From contig JANMLN010000022.1 in NCBI GenBank assembly GCA_031372565.1, forward strand, positions 1 to 31,907: 31,907 bases of DNA, written 5' to 3'. Of this stretch, positions 9,387 to 19,300 are shown piece after piece (the stretch's first letter is position 1; every line of letters starts with the position of its first letter). The notes beneath the pieces were generated by a model. The model did not search any database. It had not been told where the DNA came from and was given only the letters and a program-made list of their open reading frames with translations. A program made the translations under genes and the position numbers. This DNA comes from Gemmatimonadota bacterium. GTDB taxonomy: Bacteria > Gemmatimonadota > Gemmatimonadetes > Gemmatimonadales > Gemmatimonadaceae.

Positions 9387-10198
9387 CGGCCGAGCAGCAC
9401 GAGCGGGGGCAGCTTCACGAGCCGCCGCGCCGCGAGGGCGCCCGTGACGAGGCCCAACACGACCGAGAGCGACACGGCGAAGGCGACGATCTCGGGCGTC
9501 ACGAGCGAAAAGGTCAGCGGGGTGCGATAAACCCCTTGGTAGTACCAGTTCACGATGGCCGAGGCCGCATAGCCGAGCCCCACGCCGAGCACGCTGCCCA
9601 CCCCCGCCACGACGGCGGCCTCGAGCACCACGCTGCCGATGATCGATCGCTCCGAGATGCCCATCAGCCGGAGCGCGGCCACTTCGCGCCGCCGCGCATC
9701 GACGCGCAGCAGCATGAGGCACAGCAGGAAGATCGCGCTCGCCACGATCGTGATCATGCCGATCGCCTTGTGGAACCGGTCGATCACGGCGAAGGTGCGC
9801 GAGCTCTCGACGGCGATCGCCTTGGACGGATAGGCGCGGAAGCCGAACGCCGAGGCGTTGATCTGTTCGACGGCGGCATCCGTGAGCGCATCACTCGTGG
9901 TCGCGACGGCGAACCGGTCCACGCGATCGCCGTACGCGAGTGCACGCTGCACGTCGCCCAGGTGCATGCGCACCCGGTACTCGGCGCGCGCCACTTCGCT
10001 CGGATCGGCGCCGCGCTTGACGAAGGCCGCGATGACGAGCGTGTCACCCAACCCGCCGGGCTCCTGCGACACGACGACCTTGTCACCGATCGCGAGCCGG
10101 CCGTCCGCGGCGAGGCGTTCGTCCACCGCAATGGTGCGCACGCGCGGTGTCGAGTCGACAGGCGCGGCGGCGGCGAGGGCGAGGAGCAGCGTCAGCAT
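9383..10198 (-). CDS. C-terminal half of a MacB/LolE-type ABC permease (FtsX domain) with its own signal peptide
   Basis: Short signal-like MLTLLLALAAAA, then IAVDERLA..LAIGDKV, RRREVAALRLMG and three C-terminal hydrophobic helices. Lacks TM1. Confidence 0.85.
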   Translation of the reverse strand: MLTLLLALAAAAPVDSTPRVRTIAVDERLAADGRLAIGDKVVVSQEPGGLGDTLVIAAFVKRGADPSEVARAEYRVRMHLGDVQRALAYGDRVDRFAVATTSDALTDAAVEQINASAFGFRAYPSKAIAVESSRTFAVIDRFHKAIGMITIVASAIFLLCLMLLRVDARRREVAALRLMGISERSIIGSVVLEAAVVAGVGSVLGVGLGYAASAIVNWYYQGVYRTPLTFSLVTPEIVAFAVSLSVVLGLVTGALAARRLVKLPPLVLLGR

Positions 10199-10234
10199 GG
10201 AAGCGTGAAACGTACCGGACGCCCCCGCTGTTCC

Positions 10235-10341
10235 GTCGTCCTGAGCGAAGCGAAGGACCTGCTTGTCGTCCGGAGCGCCGCGAAGGACCAGCGTGTTCCG
10301 GGGCCCACCACAAGCAGGTCCTTCGCGGCGCTCAGGACGAC
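10235..10341. repeat. REP-like cluster: two tandem 30-bp copies plus one inverted copy
   Basis: 10235-10264 GTCGTCCTGAGCGAAGCGAAGGACCTGCTT; 10265-10294 GTCGTCCGGAGCGCCGCGAAGGACCAGCGT; inverted copy at 10312-10341. Confidence 0.9.
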
Positions 10342-10348
10342 CGCGCGC

Positions 10349-11134
10349 TCAGGTCGCCACCTCTCCTGGCGACGGCTTCTTCGGCGCCTCCACCATCACG
10401 GCGCGCGCCACCGTGCTCCCGACCACGTGCGTGCGCCGCGCCTTCGCCCCCTTCCCCGCCACTTCCACCGTGAGCGGGCCGTCGAAGGGCGCCCGGGCCA
10501 GCACGGTCACCATCGTGCCGGGTTTGATGGCCAGCGACGCCACGTACCGCAGCAACGCCCCGTCTTCGTCGCCCACGGCAGCCACACGCGCTCGCTTGCC
10601 CACCGCCTGCTCGGCCAGCATCTGGCGCGGCACCAGGACGAGGGTGCCATCACGCGTCGGGATCGGGGCACCATGCGGATCGGTCGCGGGATGGCCGAGC
10701 GCGGCCGCCATCCGGTCGATCAGTTCATCGCTCGCGGCATGCTCGAGCCGCTCCGCTTCCGCATGCACGCGGTCCCAGGGGTAGCCGAGGGCATCGGCCA
10801 GGTAGGCCTCGATCACGCGGTGACGGCGCAGCATCCGCAACGCGGCGCGGCGGCCGCTCGCGGTGAGGCTGACCCCCTTGTAGCGCTCGTACGTGAGCAA
10901 CTCGAGCGCGGAGAGCCGCCGCAACATGCCCGTGACCGACGGCGGCGAGATGTCGAGTCGCTCGGCGATCGCGTTGGTCGCGGCCGGCCGGCTCGTCATC
11001 TCCTCCAGCTCGTAGATCGCCTTGAGGTAGTCCTCGACCGACCCGGTGAGCGGTTCGCCGGCCTCCGCGCCGTACCGGTCCCCGCCACCGGAGTGGCCAC
11101 GCTCGGCCGGACGCGACGTCTTGCGGGTGCTCAC
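10349..11134 (-). CDS. mntR: DtxR/MntR family metal-dependent transcriptional regulator with C-terminal FeoA-like domain
   Basis: VEDYLKAIYEL, ISPPSVTGMLRRL, RRHRVIEAYL, EAERLEH, DPHGAPIP. Start placed at the GTGA overlap with usp, which is uncertain. Confidence 0.9.
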   Translation of the reverse strand: MSTRKTSRPAERGHSGGGDRYGAEAGEPLTGSVEDYLKAIYELEEMTSRPAATNAIAERLDISPPSVTGMLRRLSALELLTYERYKGVSLTASGRRAALRMLRRHRVIEAYLADALGYPWDRVHAEAERLEHAASDELIDRMAAALGHPATDPHGAPIPTRDGTLVLVPRQMLAEQAVGKRARVAAVGDEDGALLRYVASLAIKPGTMVTVLARAPFDGPLTVEVAGKGAKARRTHVVGSTVARAVMVEAPKKPSPGEVAT

Positions 11135-11580
11135 GCGGAGCCCTTGGGCGATGCGAGCAGCGGATCGCGGACGAGCAGGACGGGCACCATCGAGAGGTGC
11201 CTGACGGTGCTGGCGACGCTGCCGAGCACGATGTCGGCGAGCAGCCGGTGCCCGTGCGTTCCCATCGCGATCAGGTCGCACTGCTCGCGTTCGGCGAGCG
11301 CCACGATCTCGCGGGCCGGGTCACCGCCGGCGAGGACGGCTTCCGCGTCGAGCCCCTCGTCGCGGAGCGCGGTTGCCAGCGCCTCGAGGTACGCGCGGTC
11401 CTTGCGCATCTCCTCGCTCTCCCGGAGCGCGAGCGCTTCCTGGTTGCGCGCCGCCCAGCCGTCGGCCACATGCACGAGCAGGAGCCGGGCGCCACAGTGC
11501 CGCGCCAGTCCCCGCACGTGGGCGAGGATGCACGCGTCGGTGCCGGTGTTCTCGAGCGGAACCAGGATGCGGCGATACAT
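11131..11580 (-). CDS. Universal stress protein (UspA family)
   Basis: MYRRILVPL, GDPAREIV, DLIAMGTHGHR...LGSVASTVRH..VPVLLV. Confidence 0.93.
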   Translation of the reverse strand: MYRRILVPLENTGTDACILAHVRGLARHCGARLLLVHVADGWAARNQEALALRESEEMRKDRAYLEALATALRDEGLDAEAVLAGGDPAREIVALAEREQCDLIAMGTHGHRLLADIVLGSVASTVRHLSMVPVLLVRDPLLASPKGSA

Positions 11581-11603
11581 GGGGCGTCAGCGCGGGGAGC
11601 CCA

Positions 11604-12986
11604 TCACGCCAACCACCCGCGCACGGTCTGCACGAGCAGCCAGCCGTTCAGCACCGCAATGACGCCGGCCACGAGCCAGCTCAGCACGGTCACCCATCTC
11701 GCATTCACGAGGTCGCCCATCTTGCGGCGGTCCGATGTGAACAGGATGAGCGGGAACACGGCAAACGACAGCTGCAGGCTCAGGATCACCTGACTCAGCA
11801 CCAGCAGCTTGGCCGTCCCGCTTGCGCCGAAGAAGATAGCGGTGACACCAGCGGGCACAATCGCGATGAGCCGCGTGATGAGACGCCGCACCCAGGGTTG
11901 CAGCCGCAGATCGAGGAACCCTTCCATCACGATCTGCCCGGCGAGCGTTCCCGTGAGCGTGGAGTTCTGCCCGCTGGCGAGCAGCGCAATGGCGAACACC
12001 GTGCTGGCGCCCGCCCCGAGGAGCGGTGTCAGCAGTTGGTAGGCATCCTGGATCTCGGCGACCTTCGTGTTGCCACTCGTATGGAACGTGGCCGCCGCGA
12101 CGATGAGGATGGCCGCGTTGATGAACAGCGCGAAGGTGAGCGCGATCGTGCTGTCGGCAAAGGCAAACCGGACCGCCTCGCGCTTGCCGGCGGCCGACTC
12201 TTCATAGCGGCGCGTCTGCACGATCGACGAGTGCAGGTAGAGATTGTGCGGCATCACGGTGGCGCCGAGGATGCCCATCGCGATGTAGAGCTTGTCGCGA
12301 TTGGTGATCACGTCGATGGTCGGGATGAAGCCGGCCATCACGGCCGCCACGTCCGGCTTCGAGAGGACGAGCTCGAACATGAAGCAGACGCCAACCGTGA
12401 CGACGAGCGCCACCACGAGCGCTTCCAGCAACCGAAACCCGCGAGACTGCAGCGCCAGCACGATCAGCACGTCGAACATCGTGGCCGCGACCCCCCACGG
12501 CAGCGGCATGCCGAAGAGCAGGTTGAGCGCGATGGCCGTGCCAATCACTTCGGCCAGATCGCAGGCGGCGATCGCGAGCTCGCACAGGACCCAGAGCGCG
12601 AGGGCGACCGGCCGGGGATAGGCGTCATGGCAGGCCTGCGCGAGGTCGCGCCCCGTGGCGATGCCAAGCTTGCTGGCGAGCCCCTGCAGCAGCACCGCCA
12701 TCAGGTTCGAGATCAGGATGACGCAGAGCAGCGAATACCCGAACTGTGATCCACCCGCGAGGTCGGTGGCCCAGTTGCCCGGGTCCATGTAGCCGACGGC
12801 CACGAGATATCCCGGCCCCGCGTACGCGAGCAGCTTGCGGAACCAGCTCGTGCCGACCACCGGAATCGTCCGATACGCCTCAGCGAGCGATGGCGTCGGC
12901 CGGGCGTGCCGCCAACCGTCGGCGGACCGGTGCGGCGGAGTGGGATCGCTCGGAGGGAGCGGCGGCGGGAGTATCGGGGCGGCCAT
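11604..12986 (-). CDS. mntH: Nramp family Mn2+/Fe2+ transporter
   Basis: [45 protein letters not shown]. Confidence 0.95.
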   Translation of the reverse strand: MAAPILPPPLPPSDPTPPHRSADGWRHARPTPSLAEAYRTIPVVGTSWFRKLLAYAGPGYLVAVGYMDPGNWATDLAGGSQFGYSLLCVILISNLMAVLLQGLASKLGIATGRDLAQACHDAYPRPVALALWVLCELAIAACDLAEVIGTAIALNLLFGMPLPWGVAATMFDVLIVLALQSRGFRLLEALVVALVVTVGVCFMFELVLSKPDVAAVMAGFIPTIDVITNRDKLYIAMGILGATVMPHNLYLHSSIVQTRRYEESAAGKREAVRFAFADSTIALTFALFINAAILIVAAATFHTSGNTKVAEIQDAYQLLTPLLGAGASTVFAIALLASGQNSTLTGTLAGQIVMEGFLDLRLQPWVRRLITRLIAIVPAGVTAIFFGASGTAKLLVLSQVILSLQLSFAVFPLILFTSDRRKMGDLVNARWVTVLSWLVAGVIAVLNGWLLVQTVRGWLA

Positions 12987-13006
12987 GGAGGAGTCCCGAA
13001 CAGATT

Positions 13007-13030
13007 AGTTAGGGGAACCTAACTCTAGCA
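13007..13030 (-). promoter_or_regulatory. Putative MntR/DtxR-type operator AGTTAGG-N4-CCTAACT overlapping extended -10 (TGcTAGAGT)
   Basis: Perfect 7-bp inverted repeat at 13007-13024 in an AT-rich patch 20 nt upstream of mntH. The TTAGG-N4-CCTAA core resembles DtxR-family boxes. Confidence 0.75.
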
Positions 13031-13063
13031 ACCCCGCCGCACGAAGGCTCCGCCTACGAGGGG

Positions 13064-13669
13064 CTACCAGGGCACGAGCGGCACACCGAGCAACTGGCTC
13101 AGGATGCGCTCGGTCATGCCCCAGATCACGCGATCGCCCACGGCAAAGGCTGGCATCCGGTACGTCGCCCCGCGCGCCTCGACCGCCCGCATGCCGCGCG
13201 TCTCCGGATCGAGCAGTGTCCCGAGCGGCACCCAGAAGGCGGCGGCCACCTCATCGCTCACTGTTGGTTCGAAGGGCCCGTGCAGCACGAACACGTGCGG
13301 GCGAACGACGATCGGGGGCAGCACCGGGGTGCGGGGGTGGATTTCGTCCAAGGTGCCCACCAGTGACGCGACCCGCGCGAGATCGCCGCCGAGCTCCTCG
13401 CGCGTCTCGCGAATCGAGGTCTCCACGAGATCGGCGTCGGTCGCCTCCCATCGCCCGCCGGGAAAAGCGATCTGCCCGCTCCACGGGTCGCCGGGAAAGA
13501 CGGCCCGCTGAATGAACAGCAGGTCCGCCGACCCGTGCGCGTCGGGGCGCAGGACGGCGGCCACTGCCGCGCGTCGGACGTCGGGGGCCGCATCGGCGAC
13601 GGCAGGCACCAGCGTGCGAACCCGCGCCGTCAGCACCGCGAGGGGTGCCGCCCCGACGTTGCCGGTCAT
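13064..13669 (-). CDS. Nudix hydrolase, CoA pyrophosphatase (NudL-like)
   Basis: RRAAVAAVL, WSGQIAFPGG...RETREELG Nudix box, and IWGMTERIL. ATGA overlap with the rhodanese gene. Confidence 0.9.
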   Translation of the reverse strand: MTGNVGAAPLAVLTARVRTLVPAVADAAPDVRRAAVAAVLRPDAHGSADLLFIQRAVFPGDPWSGQIAFPGGRWEATDADLVETSIRETREELGGDLARVASLVGTLDEIHPRTPVLPPIVVRPHVFVLHGPFEPTVSDEVAAAFWVPLGTLLDPETRGMRAVEARGATYRMPAFAVGDRVIWGMTERILSQLLGVPLVPW

Positions 13670-14019
13670 CCCTCGACGGGATTCCCTGACATGGCCCATG
13701 CCTTGAAGCCGCCCGCCATCGACGACACGGTGCCGTACCCCATCTCGGCCAGCGTCACCGCAGCGAGCGCCGAGCGGTTACCGCTGGCGCAGTAGATCAC
13801 CACCTCGTGCTCGCGCGGGATGCGGGCTTCGATCGTGGTCTCGAGCTGACCGCGCGGGATGAAGACGGCACCCGGAATGCGCCCGAGGTTGTACTCGTTC
13901 GGCTCGCGACAATCGAGGAAGGTCACCGCCTGAGCGCCGTGGCGCTCGCGGGCCTGCGCCACGGTCACCTCGGTGATCCTGGCCTTGGCTTCGGTTATGA
14001 GGTCCTGACCGGTCTTCAC
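13666..14019 (-). CDS. Rhodanese-like sulfurtransferase
   Basis: LDCREPNEY..GRIPGA, active site YCASGNRS, MAGGFKAW. Confidence 0.92.
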   Translation of the reverse strand: MKTGQDLITEAKARITEVTVAQARERHGAQAVTFLDCREPNEYNLGRIPGAVFIPRGQLETTIEARIPREHEVVIYCASGNRSALAAVTLAEMGYGTVSSMAGGFKAWAMSGNPVEG

Positions 14020-14118
14020 GGCGAAAGGGGCAAAGGGTGGACGTGGGGATGCGACGCGTCACGGTGCCAACGGGAGGATAGCCCCCGCCCCGCGGACCGC
14101 GCTACGTGCACGCCTGCA

Positions 14119-14147
14119 TTGACGGCACGCGTCCCGACCGCCACCAT
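14119..14147 (+). promoter_or_regulatory. Putative sigma70-type promoter
   Basis: TTGACG-N17-CACCAT upstream of the GGAGG RBS (14191-14195). Confidence 0.45.
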
Positions 14148-14200
14148 AGAGGGCGACGCGAACGCGCGTCAACCTGACTCGGACTCCCGTGGAGGACTGC

Positions 14201-15061
14201 TTGCTGCCCACCGCTGTCGTCATTGCACGCGCCGGACTGCTGCTCACCCTCGCCGCGTCGGTCGGCGGGGCGCAGGCGCCCAAGGCCGCTCCTCGTCCTG
14301 CTACAGCGCAGGCGTCGAACACGATCACGATCGTCGCGTACAACCACTTCTACGAGGCGCCGAACCCGATCAACGCCGGCGTCGTCACCTTCCGGTTCGT
14401 CAATCGTGGCCCCGATCTGCACCAGATGTGGATCGTGAAGATCGACGAGGGCTATGCCTTCAGTGACTTCATGAACGCGATCCGACCCGGGCGCCCCATG
14501 CCGGCCTGGTTGCACGGCCTCGGTGGCCCGGAGTCGCCGGAAGTGGGCGACGAGGTCAGCGTGACCGTGAAGCTCGAACCCGGCCGCTACGCGCTCGCCT
14601 GCTTCATCCCGACCGCCGATGGCGGCTCGCACCTCACCAAGGGGATGTTCCTCCCGCTGACGGTCAAGGACGCCAAGGCGAAGCCGGCTCCGATGCCCAA
14701 GTCCGACGGGTCGATCATGCTCCGGGACGGCGACGTGGATGTGAACGGCGCCGACAAGGCCGGCCGGCATATCCTGCGCGTGGAAAACTCGAGCACCGCC
14801 GCACGCGGCGCGCGCCTGGGCCGCCTGCTCGACGGAAAGACGATGGCCGACGTCGCCAGCTGGCTGGCGAGCGGCGGTGACCATGCCACAGCGCCCGTCA
14901 AGCTGCTGGGCGGCGTGACCCCGTTGGCCGCAGGCGAGGTCAACTGGATCTCGCTCACGCTCTCCAAGGGTGACTACGTCGTGCTGCCGATGGCCTTCGG
15001 AATCGGAAGCGGCGCTCCGCAGTACGTCGCCAGCTCGGCGCGCAAGTTCTCCGTGCAGTAG
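14201..15061 (+). CDS. Secreted two-domain cupredoxin-like protein
   Basis: GGAGG then TTG start at 14201, followed by a signal peptide. Domain 1 has N.GPDLHQM and PGRYALACFIP..DGGSHLTKGM (His, Cys, His, Met type-1 Cu pattern). Domain 2 is a degenerate repeat. Confidence 0.72.
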   Translation: MLPTAVVIARAGLLLTLAASVGGAQAPKAAPRPATAQASNTITIVAYNHFYEAPNPINAGVVTFRFVNRGPDLHQMWIVKIDEGYAFSDFMNAIRPGRPMPAWLHGLGGPESPEVGDEVSVTVKLEPGRYALACFIPTADGGSHLTKGMFLPLTVKDAKAKPAPMPKSDGSIMLRDGDVDVNGADKAGRHILRVENSSTAARGARLGRLLDGKTMADVASWLASGGDHATAPVKLLGGVTPLAAGEVNWISLTLSKGDYVVLPMAFGIGSGAPQYVASSARKFSVQ

Positions 15062-15113
15062 CGCGCCAGGCACCACGTTCGGCCCGGGCGGCCCCCACGC
15101 GTATCTTGCGCGC

Positions 15114-16262
15114 GTGCGGGCCGCCCTTCTTTTCGCGCTTCCCTGGATCCTCCTGCCGCTGGTCGTGATCGCACGACTGGTGCGGAGCCGCTTCTTGAAT
15201 GCGTACGATCCGACACCGCCGGCCGATGCGCCGCTCGTGTCGGTCATCATTCCGGCGCGCAACGAAGCCCACAACATCGAGCGCTGCGTGGCTGGCGTGC
15301 TGGCGAGCCGGTGGCCGGCGCTCGAGGTGCTCGTCGTCGACGACCATTCCACCGATGGCACGGGCGACATCGCACGCGCCCTCGCCGCGCGGGACCCGCG
15401 CGTGCGCGTGATCGACGCCCCGCCGCTCCCCGACGACTGGTTCGGCAAGCAGTGGGCGTGCCAGACCGGTGCCAATGCGGCGCGTGGCGACTGGCTGCTC
15501 TTCACGGATGCCGACACGACGCACACCCCGGAACTCCTCCCTCGTGTCATGGCGTGGCAGCGCGCACGGAACGCGCAGGTGGTCACCATCGGCGGGAAGC
15601 AGGAGATGCACACGCTCGGCGAACGGCTCGTGACGCCGCAACTCTTCCTGATTCTCCTGTTCCGCATGGGCAGCACCGAGGCCATTGCCGGCGCCAGGCG
15701 CGCCGAAGACTCGATCACCAACGGGCAGTACACCATGTATGCCCGCACGGTGTACGACCAGATTGGCGGCCACGCCTCGGTCAGGCACAACGTGGCCGAA
15801 GATCTGCTGCTCGGACAGGTCGTCTGGCGCGCCGGGCATCGCGTCCACCTCGCGGTCGCGATGGAGTACTTCTCCACGCGCATGTACACCGATCTGCGCT
15901 CCCTCGTGAACGGGTGGACCAAGAACGTGTACGCCGGCGGCAAGTACGCACTGCCGGCCGGGACACCCCGGTGGGTCTTCCTGACGCTGATGTTCGCGCC
16001 AGTGGTCGTCACACTCGCACCCGTACTGCTCGCCGTGCTGTTTGCCGTCGGCGCGGTCGGCACGACCGCCGGACTGGGCGGCGTCATCGCCTATGGCGCG
16101 ATCACGCTCTGGATGGCCGCGCTGTACCTGTTCGACGGCGTGCCGGTCTGGGTGGCGCCACTCTGGCCCCTCGGGACGTGCGTGATCGGGTTCATCTTCA
16201 CCCGTGCGATCCTGCGCGGCGATCAGGTGGAGTGGAAGGGACGACGGTACGCGTCGCGCTGA
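15114..16262 (+). CDS. Glycosyltransferase family 2, CrtQ/CruC/HpnB-like membrane GT
   Basis: VSVIIPARNEA, VVDDHSTDGT, LPDDWFGKQWAC, FTDADT, VAEDL, WKGRRY. TATCTT lies 6 nt before GTG 15114. Confidence 0.88.
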   Translation: MRAALLFALPWILLPLVVIARLVRSRFLNAYDPTPPADAPLVSVIIPARNEAHNIERCVAGVLASRWPALEVLVVDDHSTDGTGDIARALAARDPRVRVIDAPPLPDDWFGKQWACQTGANAARGDWLLFTDADTTHTPELLPRVMAWQRARNAQVVTIGGKQEMHTLGERLVTPQLFLILLFRMGSTEAIAGARRAEDSITNGQYTMYARTVYDQIGGHASVRHNVAEDLLLGQVVWRAGHRVHLAVAMEYFSTRMYTDLRSLVNGWTKNVYAGGKYALPAGTPRWVFLTLMFAPVVVTLAPVLLAVLFAVGAVGTTAGLGGVIAYGAITLWMAALYLFDGVPVWVAPLWPLGTCVIGFIFTRAILRGDQVEWKGRRYASR

Positions 16263-16364
16263 GCCGCCGCGATCCGAGGCGCGCCACACGGCGACGCAGC
16301 GAAAAGACCCACCCCGCGTGAGTTGGGTGCATGTAGTTGAGGGGCAGGCCGCGACACTGGCTTC

Positions 16365-19300
16365 ATGCCCTCGCTTCGCGATGCCACCCGCCTCCTTGCC
16401 GCCGCCGATTCATCCGCCGCACTGTCCGCCGTCACGGCGACGCTCGGCTTCGGCGATGCCGCACCGCTCGACCCGACCGCCCGTGATGCGCTCGGCCTGA
16501 CGAGCGATATCGTCCGCGCACATTGCGCGGAGGCCCCCGGCGCGCTCCGCGCGCTCCTGCTCGAGGTCAGCGCCGACCGCACCCTCGGGGAACTCCTCCC
16601 CCGACTTGCCGCGCGCATCGACGCGCGTGCGCCGCAGTTCCACTGGCTCGTCGTCGCCACGACGGCGCGCGGCGAAGTGGCGCTCGCCACCTGGCAACCC
16701 GACGTGCGTGGCCCGCGACTGGCCGCGCTGGTGGTCGCGCGCGGTCACCTCGTGGACGCCGACGCCGAAACGCTCTGCGCGCTGGCGGCTCGCCGTGACG
16801 GCCCCGATGCCCTCGTGCACGCCCGATGGCACGAGGTGCTCGGACGCGACGCGCTCACCCGGCGCTTCTATCGCGCCCTCGAACAGCAGGTGCTCGCGCT
16901 CGCGGCCACCGTGCCGTCGCTCCCTGCCGACGACGCGCGCGAACTGGCGCTGCTCATCACCTGCCGCCTGCTCTTCCTGGCGTTCGTGCAGTCCAAGGGA
17001 TGGCTGGATCATGACCGCGCCTGGCTGACGCACGCCGTGGATCGCGCAATGAGCCAGGGCGGTGATCTCCATCGCCGACTGCTCCGTCCGCTCTTCTTTG
17101 GTACGCTCAACACCCCGTGGCGCGATCGGGCCCCCACCGCGCGCGCCCTCGGACAGCTGCCCTTCCTGAACGGCGGACTGTTCGCCCCCGCCCCCGTGGA
17201 ACGGCGATGGCCACGCGCGCGCCTCGGCGACGAGGCACTCGCCCGCATCACCGGCGATCTGCTCGCGCGCTATCGCTTCACCGCGCGGGAAGACATCGCG
17301 ACAGGCCGCGAGGCGGCCATCGACCCCGAGATGCTCGGCCGCGCCTTCGAATCGCTCATGTGCTCCGAGGAGCGCCGCGCGAGCGGCACCTTCTACACGC
17401 CGCCGAGTGTTGTCGAGGACGCCACGGCACGCGCCCTCACCGCCGCGCTGGCGGCGCGCGGCATTCGTGCGAGCGCCGTCACACAGGCGCTCGCCGGCCA
17501 GCGTCCCGGCGGCACGGCGGCCGCACGCCTGGCCGACACGCTGCCCACGCTGCGCGTGCTGGATCCCGCCTGCGGTTCGGGCGCCTTCCTCGTGCACGCC
17601 CTCGGTGCGCTGGCCACGATGCGGCGCGCCTGCGGTGACACGCGACCGAGCGAAGCCATCCGACGTGATGTCCTCGCGGCCAACCTCTTCGGCGTCGATC
17701 TGCACCCGACCGCCGTCTGGCTCTGCGAGCTGCGACTCTGGCTCGCGGTCGTCATCGAGAGCGAGGCCACCGACCCGCGCGCCGTGGTCCCGCTGCCAAA
17801 CCTCGATCGGCACATCCGGGTCGGCGATGCGCTCGCGGGCGATGCCTTCTCCGGCGGCCTTGTGGTGCTCGGCGGCGGTGCCGTGGCGCGGCTGCGACAG
17901 CGCTATGCCCGCGCCAGCGGGGCACGCAAGACATCTCTGGCTCGCGCGCTCGATCGTGCCGAACGGACCGCCGCCCTAGGCGCGTGCGACAGCGCGTTGA
18001 CGCATGCGGTGTCCTCGCGGCGTGAAGCCTTGCTGGCTGCGCGCGCCCGCGATCTGTTCGGCGAGCGGTCCGCGCCGAGCGCGGACGCACGGCGCGCACT
18101 CGACGACATCCGCTCCCGCGTACGGGCGCTCCGACATCGTCGCGACACGTTGGCGGCAGGCGGCGCCCTTCCCTTCTCCTTCGCTGCACACTTTCCCGAC
18201 GCCGCGCAGGCGGGTGGCTTCGACGCCATCGTGGGCAATCCGCCGTGGGTACGGTTGCACAATATTCCGCCCGCAGCACGCGACCGGCTGCGGCGCACCT
18301 TCCGCGTCTTTCGCGACGCCGCATGGACGGCAGGCGCGGAAGCGGCGCGCGCGGGGAGCGGGTTCGCCGCACAGGTCGATCTGGCCGCGCTCTTCGTCGA
18401 ACGCAGCGTCGGACTGCTCGGGCCGGCGGGCGCCCTCGCGTTGCTCCTGCCAGCGAAGCTCTGGCGCTCGCTGGCCGGCGGAGGCGTGCGCCGATTGCTC
18501 CAGACCGACGCCACGGTGCTTGCCGTCGACGACTGGTCGGACGCGCCCGCCATGTTCGATGCGGCGACCTACCCCTCGCTCGTCGTGGCACAGCGGGGTG
18601 GCGCACGCGAAGGCGACGTGGCCATCAGCGCACATGGGCACGACGGGGCACGACGGTGGCTGGTACCGCGATCGGCGCTGCCCTTCGATGACACCGACGG
18701 CAGTCCGTGGCTCGCGCTACCGCCCGACGTGCGCGCATCGTTTGATCGGGTGCGCGCGGCGGGCCCCGCACTCGCCGCGTCACCGCTCGGCCGCCCGCTG
18801 CTCGGCGTCAAGTGCGGTGCGAACGAGGCATTCCTCGTGCGCGTGGGCGCCATGACGCGCGAAGGCGTGCAGGTGCGCGCCGGCTCGCGCACGGCGAACG
18901 TCGAGTCGGCCATGCTCCGCCCGATCGTGCGGGGCGAGGATGTCACACCATGGCGGGCGCGTCTTGGCGCAGACGCGGTGCTCTGGACCCACGACGCGTC
19001 GGGCGCACCCTTGGCCGCGCTCCCGCCGCTCGCCGCCGAGTGGCTGCGACCGTGGCGCCGTCGCCTCGCAGCGCGCAGCGATGCCCGCGGCGAGCAATGG
19101 TGGGCGTTGTTTCGCACCCCTGCCGCCCGGAGCGACCGCGCGCGCGTGGTCTGGGCCGACGTTGCGAGGCGTCCTCGTGCCGCCGTGCTCTCACCGGGCG
19201 ACCGCACCGTGCCGCTCAACAGCTGCTACGTGCTGCCCGCTGCCACGACCGACGATGCACTCGCATTTGCTGCGTTGCTCAACAGTCCCATAGCGGCCGC

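Noticed and set aside
9383..10198. 271-aa permease as a 5'-truncated pseudogene caused by REP insertion
   Set aside because: It has a signal-like N-terminus and a plausible -10 (TACGTT) upstream, and the missing part is present at the start of the last gene of the operon. Not fully excluded without homologues.
10235..10341. 30-bp repeats as a possible mini-CRISPR array
   Set aside because: Copies are directly adjacent or inverted with no unique spacers, are dispersed at other loci, and no cas genes are present. A REP-like element fits better.
14054..14070. TTGGCAC on the minus strand upstream of rhodanese as a sigma54 promoter
   Set aside because: GG-to-GC spacing is 9, not 10. A TATCCT -10 at 14080-14075 is a simpler explanation.
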